A DNA stretch of 33,788 nt, taken from a virus (lineage: Duplodnaviria > Heunggongvirae > Uroviricota > Caudoviricetes). The DNA is taken from IMG/VR virus record IMGVR_UViG_3300028374_000006. The stretch is one strand, 5' to 3'. Each line of letters starts with the position of its first letter. Positions within the stretch are counted from its first letter, which is position 1. A program made the translations under genes and the position numbers. Below the pieces are notes generated by a model that had not been told where the DNA came from, searched no databases, and saw nothing but the letters and a program-made list of their open reading frames with translations. Of this stretch, positions 17,729-25,861 are shown piece by piece.

Positions 17729-18166
17729 ATGGCAGTATTTGAGTATGGTTGTGATTCTTGCGGACTCCGCCAAGAAAAGCTCTTTAGAAAAGAGCCCCCC
17801 AAAACGCTTTCGTGCTCCTCTTGTGGGGCCGAGGCTGAACGGTTGATTTCTGACTTTGGTTTTGCTTTCGGAGACGGAAAAGTTCCGGGAAACACCGGGG
17901 TTGATTCGCTTGACCGAGATCATGATAAGCGAATTGGTCGGGATGCGGAAGTTAGGTGGGAACACGTTAAGGATCGCACTAGTCGAAAAAGAAAAGTTCA
18001 ACGAGAATACGGAGACGAAGGTCAAGTACCGCTTCGTCTCAACTCGGAAGGCAATTACGAACCGATGCCCAACAAGGACGTGCAACGGTTCCAGCGTCTT
18101 CATAAAGAGAATGATCGGGTAATCCGAGAGCACAAGAAACGTGAATCGGAATCGTCTGATCAGTGA
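17729..18166 (+). CDS. FmdB-like zinc-ribbon protein
   Basis: FEYGCDSCG...LSCSSCGAEAERLIS. GAGGG SD. Confidence 0.8.
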   Translation: MAVFEYGCDSCGLRQEKLFRKEPPKTLSCSSCGAEAERLISDFGFAFGDGKVPGNTGVDSLDRDHDKRIGRDAEVRWEHVKDRTSRKRKVQREYGDEGQVPLRLNSEGNYEPMPNKDVQRFQRLHKENDRVIREHKKRESESSDQ

Positions 18167-18173
18167 CGCCCGG

Positions 18174-18187
18174 TATTTTATTGATAT
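18174..18187 (+). promoter_or_regulatory. Candidate phage late-promoter motif (TATTTTATTGATAT)
   Basis: Intergenic, upstream of the tail sheath gene. Confidence 0.3.
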
Positions 18188-18238
18188 TTGCCTTCAGTGG
18201 TTGATCGCATATCATTTAAGCGATAAGTGAGGTTCGTC

Positions 18239-21200
18239 GTGGCATTTGGACCATTCGATAGTTACGCTCCACCCGGAGTATACACAAAAACACAAACTCA
18301 GCAAGGTTCGTCAGGCCCTCCAACGGGGAACCGGATTCCGGTTCTTATTGGTGTCGGTCGGGAGACTCTATCCCAAGACGACTTTGAGCTGGTGCGTGGT
18401 TCTTCGGCATCGGTAGATCAACGTATTGTCAATGAGGACGTGAACGACAGGTTCATCCTCGACAATGCTAACCCTGATAACCCTGTTTTGGGTGCGAAGA
18501 CTGGCAGTGAAGTCAAGTTTCGTGTCCAGAATTATCCGATTGTATCGGGTAATGGGCAAGGGTTAGTGACGAGTGATACTTCCGATATCACAGTAACCGT
18601 AGATGGCGATCTCGTGTCGCCTGCTGCTGTAGACGGTGCGCGGGGTGTTATCACCTTGCAAGTGCCGCCACAGACCGGTGAAGATGTGCGTGTTACGTAT
18701 TTCTTCAACCGTACCGACACGAAGTTCACCGATGACCTTTCGGGTCAGGTGGCTGAAGAGTCCGCAATCCTCCTTTCGTCGCAAGTCGAAGACTATGAGA
18801 TTCTATCCGGGGCTAACGTCCTGAATCTCAACGTGGACGGTGCAGACGCAAGTGTGACCCTCACGACAGGTGCGACTCAGAGCGCCAACAATGTGGTCAA
18901 CGACATTAACGCTGCGGGCATTGTAGGTCTTACCGCCAGTGTAGCTGCGGACAACGAAGGCAATAACCGAATTCAGTTGGAAGCCCAAGGGTCGATTGAG
19001 ATCCTTTCGGGAACAGCTAACTCGGTTCTTGGTTTTGGTGCTGGTCAAAAAACCACGCGCAACCGTACCTTTTACGTCTATCAGGCTCCGATTGTTACGG
19101 GCGATAACGGCGGGATCATCACGACGGATCCTTCCGATGTTGTGGTCAAGGTAGACGGCAACCAAGTAGTGCCCGAAGAGGTTGATGGAACTAACGGAGC
19201 GGTCACGCTCAAGCAGGCTCCGATTGTAGGGGCCGTCGTTTCCGTTGAGTATTTCCACAACACGTGGCAAGACACTTTCGATTACCTCCCCAATACGGGA
19301 ATTCGGAAAGTCCAACAGGTTGGTATCAGCCCCGGACGCACCGATTATATCGAGGGTAACGATTACGTAGTTGACGAGAACGGTCGACTTCTCTGGGGTT
19401 CGGCGGCAACGATCGAATCTGGCCTGCATACGGCAGGCACGGAGTTTTTCGACGAGACTCAGATCAGTGCATCGCTGGTTGATAACCGGATGTATTTCGA
19501 AGAGACCAGCCGATTTGTAGATCGTTCGGTCAGCCCGGCTGTGACCTCCGACACGACTGTCCTACTAGGTAATGTACCTACGACGGGTAACGGACGGAGC
19601 ACGTCTCTAGACTCGAAGCTCTTTGGCAATGTATCGAACAGCCGGGTAGGCGTGAGCACGCACCGGGCCGATCTTGTTAAAGTATACCACGGAGACAATC
19701 TATCCGAGGCGATGGCTAATGGCCCGGTAGGGGTTGTGGACGTTGATCCTGAAACCCGTAAAGTGACGGTTGAAGATGCTATTCCGCCGAGTCACACGGT
19801 GTGGGCAACGTATTGGTACAACCAGCTTCAGGATGATGAACTAACCTTCGAAGTCTTGAGCCAGTCGACGGCTACGACACCCGGCCAGTATAGCGTTTAC
19901 AGTTCCCGCAGAGGCGAGCAGCTTTTCGGGGTTGATTTCGGTACCACCGGAGTTAACGAAACGATCCAGTGGCCTTCCGGTGTGGAAACTAACCCGGACG
20001 CATTCATTGCGGGCGCTGATGGTGTGGACGAAACCGTGACGGTGACGTTCAAAGAGATCGGGGCCGAGCCTGCTGTATTCACGAATTACGCGGCTGACCC
20101 GTATTCGCTCTATGCGGATGCGTCTGACACCTTGTATGTGGATGTAGACGGTAACAGCCTAACGGTAGACCTTAACCAGTCTGCTTTCGGTGTGACCGTT
20201 TCTGACGGACATGACGATGGTTCGACTTACGACATCGTTGCTACCGAAAACGACGTATTTGAGTTTGAAGTAGACGGTACGGACTATAGCGTCACTCTTA
20301 CAGCAGGGTTGGGCCGAACAGGTGCTGACATTGCCGAAGATATCTGGCGGTCGGTACCGACTGATGCTACTATTACTGGTACATCAACGGAGAGCTTTGC
20401 ATTCACCGATGCGTCCGATGATCTTTTCGATTTTGACATGAACGGTACCCCCGTTAATGTTGATTTTGGAACATTGACAGGTCAAACGGCTGCACAATTA
20501 GCTACGTTGATTAACACCGAGATCACCAACGCAAATCTTACGGTAGGTGATCCGGCAGTTGTTGGCAACGACGGACATGCGGTTGATGATGGTTCGGGTA
20601 AAGTCCAACTCTTGGCTTCTGAAAGCCTTACGATTGGTACAGGCACAGCCAACCCGGTCCTTGGTTTCACCAACGGTGATTCGCATGAGAACATTCTGGT
20701 AGCGAGCTACCGGGATTCGGGTGCTGATGATGAGCGTTTCCTCCTTCGATCGAAAGTGTCTCCTTCGGGACCTGCAGATGCATCCCATATCAGGGTGCAG
20801 GACGGCAACGCTAACGGGACTCTCGGTTTCACTGACTTCCAGTATGCCGAGGGCACCGAGAAAGCTGTTAACAAAGGAGCTACGCTTCTTAGTGGTGCGA
20901 TCTCGGCCTCAGACCTTGCTTCCCTTAATAGCGCTTCTACCGCAGACTTTGTTGTAGCGGTAAATGGCACTGAGCATACGGTGGATCTATCGAGCCTAGC
21001 CTCGGTAAGCGCAATCCAGACCGCTTTGGATGCAGCCCTCACAGATGCCACGGTGGCCGTAGAAGATACGGACAAGATCCGCATCACTTCCAACTTGGAC
21101 ACGAACCAGAGTCGCATTGAGGTTCGTGCCGGAACAGCTAACCAGTACGTTGGATTCAGCGAAGGTGATAGTGCCTCGCAACGACGTGTTGAAGCCCACG

Positions 21201-22792
21201 AGATCGCTGCTGTTCTGAACAGTCAAGCCTCGGATTGGTACAGCCCAACGGCTGCTACCGAGTACATTGCATCGGCCTTTGCTGATACGTTTGTAAAGCC
21301 GGGCGAAGGGACTTACCTCCGCTTGACTACATTCGCGGAAGGTTCCACAGCATCCTTCACGTTTGGTACCGGAACGGATTCGGCACTTAACGATACGGGC
21401 ATTGGGATCGAAGCCGGTGATTCGGTTGCGGGAACAGATGCACGGGATGGGTTCGATGTGGCCTCTTCGGCTACCAACGGCTCAACCGGCGAAGGTGTGG
21501 TTGGTCAAACGTATCAGGATTCCAACACGGGACTTCGGTTCACGATTTTGGAGGCTGGTACCGGCGATTATACGGACGGACAGTCTTTCACACTGAATGT
21601 GTCGGATACTTTCACTACGGGATTCAGCAAAGTCGTCAAGGCCGTTCCGGGCACTGAAGTTCGGGTGGACAACACGACGGATATCGGAGTAGGTGATACG
21701 GCGGTAGTAACGACTTACAACAAGTCAGGTGCCGAGCCGGGAATCGGAGATTTCTACTATATCTCTTACGAATACGAAAAGACGGATTTCTCAACCCGTC
21801 TGTTCACTCGGTTCCGGGACATTCAGCGCAATTACGGCAAGCTGTCCGCTGAGAACCCGCTTACTTTGGCGTCATACCTCGCTGTGTTGAACGGTGCGGT
21901 CATCGTCGGGTGCAAGCAGGTACTAAAGACCCCCGGCTTCAGTCAAGCTCCTACAGCGGCGTTCATGGACGCTTTGGAAGAGCTTAAAAAGCCGCTGGCT
22001 TCGGGCATTACCCCTGATCTTTTGGTCCCTCTTACGACGGACCCGGATGTTATGGGTGCCTATGTTAACCACTCCGAGATCCAGTCGAGCCAGCGTTTCC
22101 GTCAGGAACGCCGGTGCATCTTCGGTGTTGCTTCGGGCACTCGTCCTGAAGACGCGGCTAACATCGCGAAGAGCCTCAAGAGCGGACGGTCGATTCTCGT
22201 ATACCCCGATAGCGCAATCGTCACACTGACGAACGAGCTTGGGGAAGATGAGAGTTTCATCGTCGACGGAACGTATGTAGCGGCGGCACTTGCCGGTGTT
22301 CTGGTAAGTCCGCAGTTCGATGTTGCAACCCCGTTAACACGACGTCGCCTTGTCGGTTTCAGACGCCTTAACCGATCGCTTGATGAGATCGAAAAGAACC
22401 AGCTTGCTGTCGGTGGTGTTACAGTCCTCGAAGATCGAGGATCGTTCCTACAGGTACGTGACGGTCTAACCACCGACGTTACCAACCGGTTCACGTCAAC
22501 GCCTTCGATTGTCGCTATTAAGGATCACGTCCAGCAACAGGCACGCAAGAGCTTGGACCGTTTCATCGGTTTGAAGTTCCTCACCAGCCGGGCGCAGGAT
22601 GTAGAGTTGGCCCTTTCGGGACTACTTAACACCCTTATGGAGCAGCAGATCATTGTAGACTTCAAGGGTGTTCGTGCCGAGCCGGATCCTAACGATCCGA
22701 CCGTACTTCGAGTCAGTGCTTTTTACGCACCGATCTTCCCCTTGAAGTACATCCCGATCACGTACACGATCGGAAGCGCGAACTCACTGTAA
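18239..22792 (+). CDS. Contractile tail sheath protein (about 1517 aa) with multiple inserted domains
   Basis: N-terminal YAPPGVYT. C-terminal sheath domain LAVGGVTVL...VRDGLTTD...FIGLK...PLKYIPITY. GTG 18239 has a GAGGT SD and is preferred over 18227. Confidence 0.88.
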   Translation: MAFGPFDSYAPPGVYTKTQTQQGSSGPPTGNRIPVLIGVGRETLSQDDFELVRGSSASVDQRIVNEDVNDRFILDNANPDNPVLGAKTGSEVKFRVQNYPIVSGNGQGLVTSDTSDITVTVDGDLVSPAAVDGARGVITLQVPPQTGEDVRVTYFFNRTDTKFTDDLSGQVAEESAILLSSQVEDYEILSGANVLNLNVDGADASVTLTTGATQSANNVVNDINAAGIVGLTASVAADNEGNNRIQLEAQGSIEILSGTANSVLGFGAGQKTTRNRTFYVYQAPIVTGDNGGIITTDPSDVVVKVDGNQVVPEEVDGTNGAVTLKQAPIVGAVVSVEYFHNTWQDTFDYLPNTGIRKVQQVGISPGRTDYIEGNDYVVDENGRLLWGSAATIESGLHTAGTEFFDETQISASLVDNRMYFEETSRFVDRSVSPAVTSDTTVLLGNVPTTGNGRSTSLDSKLFGNVSNSRVGVSTHRADLVKVYHGDNLSEAMANGPVGVVDVDPETRKVTVEDAIPPSHTVWATYWYNQLQDDELTFEVLSQSTATTPGQYSVYSSRRGEQLFGVDFGTTGVNETIQWPSGVETNPDAFIAGADGVDETVTVTFKEIGAEPAVFTNYAADPYSLYADASDTLYVDVDGNSLTVDLNQSAFGVTVSDGHDDGSTYDIVATENDVFEFEVDGTDYSVTLTAGLGRTGADIAEDIWRSVPTDATITGTSTESFAFTDASDDLFDFDMNGTPVNVDFGTLTGQTAAQLATLINTEITNANLTVGDPAVVGNDGHAVDDGSGKVQLLASESLTIGTGTANPVLGFTNGDSHENILVASYRDSGADDERFLLRSKVSPSGPADASHIRVQDGNANGTLGFTDFQYAEGTEKAVNKGATLLSGAISASDLASLNSASTADFVVAVNGTEHTVDLSSLASVSAIQTALDAALTDATVAVEDTDKIRITSNLDTNQSRIEVRAGTANQYVGFSEGDSASQRRVEAHEIAAVLNSQASDWYSPTAATEYIASAFADTFVKPGEGTYLRLTTFAEGSTASFTFGTGTDSALNDTGIGIEAGDSVAGTDARDGFDVASSATNGSTGEGVVGQTYQDSNTGLRFTILEAGTGDYTDGQSFTLNVSDTFTTGFSKVVKAVPGTEVRVDNTTDIGVGDTAVVTTYNKSGAEPGIGDFYYISYEYEKTDFSTRLFTRFRDIQRNYGKLSAENPLTLASYLAVLNGAVIVGCKQVLKTPGFSQAPTAAFMDALEELKKPLASGITPDLLVPLTTDPDVMGAYVNHSEIQSSQRFRQERRCIFGVASGTRPEDAANIAKSLKSGRSILVYPDSAIVTLTNELGEDESFIVDGTYVAAALAGVLVSPQFDVATPLTRRRLVGFRRLNRSLDEIEKNQLAVGGVTVLEDRGSFLQVRDGLTTDVTNRFTSTPSIVAIKDHVQQQARKSLDRFIGLKFLTSRAQDVELALSGLLNTLMEQQIIVDFKGVRAEPDPNDPTVLRVSAFYAPIFPLKYIPITYTIGSANSL

Positions 22793-22803
22793 ACGGATGC
22801 AAC

Positions 22804-22821
22804 GGGGGCCATAAGGCCCCC
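22804..22821 (+). terminator. GC-rich hairpin after the sheath gene, possible terminator
   Basis: GGGGGCC-ATAA-GGCCCCC. There is no immediate U-tract. Confidence 0.45.
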
Positions 22822-22859
22822 TCAACTTGTAATTTTTAGACACTAGAAGGTGCCCTGTT

Positions 22860-23669
22860 ATGACTGATCTACGCAAAGCCATCATCAAGCTCGCCTATGA
22901 CAATCCTGAGATCCGAGAGGACCTCGTGCCCCTTCTCCGGGATGCGGGCAACAAAGACACCTTCAAAATCGCAGAATTCCCCCACGAGGGTTACGCTATG
23001 AGACGCACCGAAACGCACAGACGCCGCTTTGCCTTCGACACCTCCGACGCCGAGGACCACTTGGCCGGTTGGAACCAAGGGTACACCGAAAATTACGGCA
23101 GCAGTCAGCACATCCCTGGATTCCTCACCTGGGCTTGGGATCTGAGAAAGGAAACCCTCAAGGATCTTGATCGTAGAAATTACGGGGCCATCGCTGAGGA
23201 GTTGGCGTACAGCGCGAAACAGGATCCCGCCTATCGGGATGAGTCCTATGCGGATCTTGAAGCTGGGTTCGTCGACTATCTCAAAAACTGGCGCACCGAA
23301 CTCCTTGAGGCCCTTGATGAGAGTCTTTTCGACAGGAACGCGTCGAGCCGAAACCGGCAGGCCGACGGATCCACATTCACGTGCCCCCACTGTGAGGGTA
23401 AGGTGCTCGAGCAGACAAAATACTGCGTGAGTTGCCAAAAGAAGGTCAAGAAATCTGCCACACGCAGGCGAGCTCGATTCGAAGAAGGTGTCCCCGCCGA
23501 TCCCACGCAGAACATGACGCCCGAGGAAGCGGCGGAGTGGGAGGCGATGAACGAGAAATACAAGGACAAGCTCAAGAAAGAGCGTGAAAGCGCACTACGC
23601 GATGATCTTATTCGGCTTGCGTACAATAAGCCCGAGCTTCGTGGGGCGCTCCTTCCCATTCTAAAGTAA
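22860..23669 (+). CDS. Modular protein with two class A-like motifs, a zinc ribbon and a short conserved module
   Basis: N-terminal DLRKAIIKLAYDNPEIREDLVPLL and C-terminal LRDDLIRLAYNKPELRGALLPIL. Internal CPHC...CVSC ribbon and FEEGVPADPTQNM module. Confidence 0.85.
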   Translation: MTDLRKAIIKLAYDNPEIREDLVPLLRDAGNKDTFKIAEFPHEGYAMRRTETHRRRFAFDTSDAEDHLAGWNQGYTENYGSSQHIPGFLTWAWDLRKETLKDLDRRNYGAIAEELAYSAKQDPAYRDESYADLEAGFVDYLKNWRTELLEALDESLFDRNASSRNRQADGSTFTCPHCEGKVLEQTKYCVSCQKKVKKSATRRRARFEEGVPADPTQNMTPEEAAEWEAMNEKYKDKLKKERESALRDDLIRLAYNKPELRGALLPILK

Positions 23670-23867
23670 GCTGCGGACACTTTCGAATGCCCGAATTGAG
23701 GCACGAAGGTTCTGGAGCAGACCGGCTATTGCGTCAAGTGCAAGAAGAAGGTCAAAAAGGCTGGCGGCTTGGAAAACTTGCCCCCGGCACTGCGTGAGCA
23801 GGCCTAGAAAAAGCAAGAGGAAGCCAAGAAGAAAAAGGATAAGGACGACGACAAAAAGGACGACTAA
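23670..23867 (+). pseudogene. In-frame continuation of the 22860 gene interrupted by stops (second zinc ribbon plus K/D-rich tail)
   Basis: Same frame gives *AADTFECPN*GTKVLEQTGYCVKCKKKVKKAGGLENLPPALREQA*KKQEEAKKKKDKDDDKKDD*. Stops are TAA 23667, TGA 23697 and TAG 23805, with the final TAA at 23865. Confidence 0.75.
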
Positions 23868-23941
23868 GCCTTCCGCGTGTGATCTCAGTTGCATTACGGA
23901 AGTGTTGGACTGCCTGAATACTGGATGTTGTGTGAATGGAA

Positions 23942-23967
23942 GCCCCCGGAGACGGGGGTTTTCTTTT
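23942..23967 (+). terminator. Rho-independent terminator
   Basis: GCCCCCG-GAGA-CGGGGGT stem with GNRA loop, followed by TTTCTTTT. Confidence 0.85.
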
Positions 23968-24005
23968 GAGATATTTCCCATTACACTTGATCTGAGGTGG
24001 TACCA

Positions 24006-24710
24006 ATGAACATCCTGCTGTTAGGCGACATACACGGACGTTTCGACCAAGCTGACGCCCTTTACGATGTGATCCGTCAAGTTTATAAGGACCGGATTGA
24101 TCTCATGATTCAGTTGGGGGACTTCGGCTTTTTCCCTCGTCTGGACCCCAAAAATAGATGGGAACGTGAGTTCGATCACCCGTGCTGGTTTATCGACGGG
24201 AACCACGACGACCACGAAATGCTCCGTGAACTGGAATCCGACGAACTGGTGTATGGCCAATGGGAGTATATCCCACGGGGAGCTATCCGACAGGGTATTT
24301 TATTCATCGGTGGAGCACGTTCCATCGACGCCGAGCATAGACAGCGGGGCCTTGATTGGTGGCCGGAAGAGAACATATCGTATGCCGAGCAAGAGTATAT
24401 CCTCCAAGCTATTGATACGTATCAAGAACGGGCCAAGACAGACCCGGAGGTGATCCCTATCCACACCGTCATAAGCCACGACTGTCCCGGTGGTATTGAC
24501 GTTTCGGAAGCCTGCGTATATACTGGCAATGATGTGGTGGACGGGAATCGTAAGTTCCTTCAACACGTATTAGATATGGTTCACCCCGAACGTTGGTATT
24601 TCGGCCATTATCATCGCAAGATGAGTGGCACGTACCGAGGATGTGAATGGAGATGTGTTGATATGATCCGCCACGGCGGACCTCACGACTTCGCTTTCCT
24701 CGAAATCTAA
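24006..24710 (+). CDS. Calcineurin-like metallophosphoesterase
   Basis: GDIHG, GDFG, DGNHD, SHDCP and FGHYH motifs. ATG 24006 has a GAGGTGG SD. Confidence 0.9.
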   Translation: MNILLLGDIHGRFDQADALYDVIRQVYKDRIDLMIQLGDFGFFPRLDPKNRWEREFDHPCWFIDGNHDDHEMLRELESDELVYGQWEYIPRGAIRQGILFIGGARSIDAEHRQRGLDWWPEENISYAEQEYILQAIDTYQERAKTDPEVIPIHTVISHDCPGGIDVSEACVYTGNDVVDGNRKFLQHVLDMVHPERWYFGHYHRKMSGTYRGCEWRCVDMIRHGGPHDFAFLEI

Positions 24711-24729
24711 AGTAGAGGTTGTAGGATCA

Positions 24730-25458
24730 ATGGAAGTTAATACCATCCTTTTGTTTATCGGGCTTACGTATCTGATTTACCACCTCCTTTCCTTTTCAGT
24801 GCCCGCCAAAAAACAGCTTGATAACCAAGGCAAGATGCTCGAAGAGATGCGTGAAGCTCGGGTTTCCCAAGTCCTTGGCGACGAGAATTTGGACACGTCT
24901 GAGAAGTTTCTGATGCTTGACGATCACGATGAAGCTATCGAGCTTTTCGAGCGCCTCTTAAACGAAGATGGTGAGGTGATCGAAGAGGACGAAGTGGTCC
25001 TAGATGATGGTGCCCCGGACGAACCCGAGGCTAAAAAGCTCTATTACCTAAAGGACGCCCGTAAGAAGTACGTCGTGAAATGGGCGAACGCTATCATCAA
25101 CAAAACCTATGAGGGGGACGTCGAGTGGGAAACAGGAAACATGGCGCATGTGTCGGCTGATCACGTTGGGATTGGCAATAAGAAGTACGTCCAAGATTAC
25201 TACAAGACGCAGGTCGAATTGGACAGCGGGCATTTTTACATCAAGCTGTTCCGGGTGAAGTGGAGTTATCAAAGTGATTCGGACGTCTCTTTGCGAATTC
25301 TAGGTCCGGGCTATAAAGGTATGTCGGTAGTCGAGATGCTTTCGTATATCGATAAGGAGCTTGCCCAAGAACTGTATCGCATGGCAAAAGATAGCGCTGA
25401 GAACAAGGTAGCAACTAAGACGATGCTTAACGTGGTTGAAGAATTGGAAAAAGTATGA
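24730..25458 (+). CDS. Hypothetical membrane-anchored protein
   Basis: Hydrophobic N-terminus (ILLFIGLTYLIYHLLSF) followed by an acidic soluble region. Confidence 0.7.
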   Translation: MEVNTILLFIGLTYLIYHLLSFSVPAKKQLDNQGKMLEEMREARVSQVLGDENLDTSEKFLMLDDHDEAIELFERLLNEDGEVIEEDEVVLDDGAPDEPEAKKLYYLKDARKKYVVKWANAIINKTYEGDVEWETGNMAHVSADHVGIGNKKYVQDYYKTQVELDSGHFYIKLFRVKWSYQSDSDVSLRILGPGYKGMSVVEMLSYIDKELAQELYRMAKDSAENKVATKTMLNVVEELEKV

Positions 25459-25802
25459 TCGACTTTGAACGCACATTGGATGTGGTCACGTATAATGGGG
25501 CCACTTTGTTACGTTTCGGCTTTGACGCCAACAATCAGGCATGGGCACATTATCTGTCCGAAGAGGGTACCGAATATGACCTGATTCTTTGCGTGGCGGC
25601 CACTGAAGATCAATATCAAGATTTGGTTAACGACCGGCTGCCCCTTCGGGATTTTCTTTTGAATCCGACGTCAGGTAAAGCGTACCGACTGGAGCATTCC
25701 CACGCCGGACATTGGGCCGTGGAAACACTCGAAGCAGATCAGATTACAGAGTCCTTTGAGTGTCTCCCGGAAGCGGGAGTTTATCTAAATCCCAAGACTT
25801 GA
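25455..25802 (+). CDS. Hypothetical phage protein (possibly DUF6575-like)
   Basis: ATGA overlap. The pattern YNGATLL...LPLRDFL...CLPEAGVYL recalls that family; unverified. Confidence 0.6.
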   Translation: MIDFERTLDVVTYNGATLLRFGFDANNQAWAHYLSEEGTEYDLILCVAATEDQYQDLVNDRLPLRDFLLNPTSGKAYRLEHSHAGHWAVETLEADQITESFECLPEAGVYLNPKT

Positions 25803-25827
25803 CATTTAGTTGATCGCCCCCTATAAT
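25799..25827 (+). promoter_or_regulatory. Sigma70-type promoter
   Basis: Exact TTGACA-N17-TATAAT upstream of the 25862 gene. Confidence 0.9.
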
Positions 25828-25861
25828 CACCATTGCTAACGCTTTCGTTTGAATTACTACT

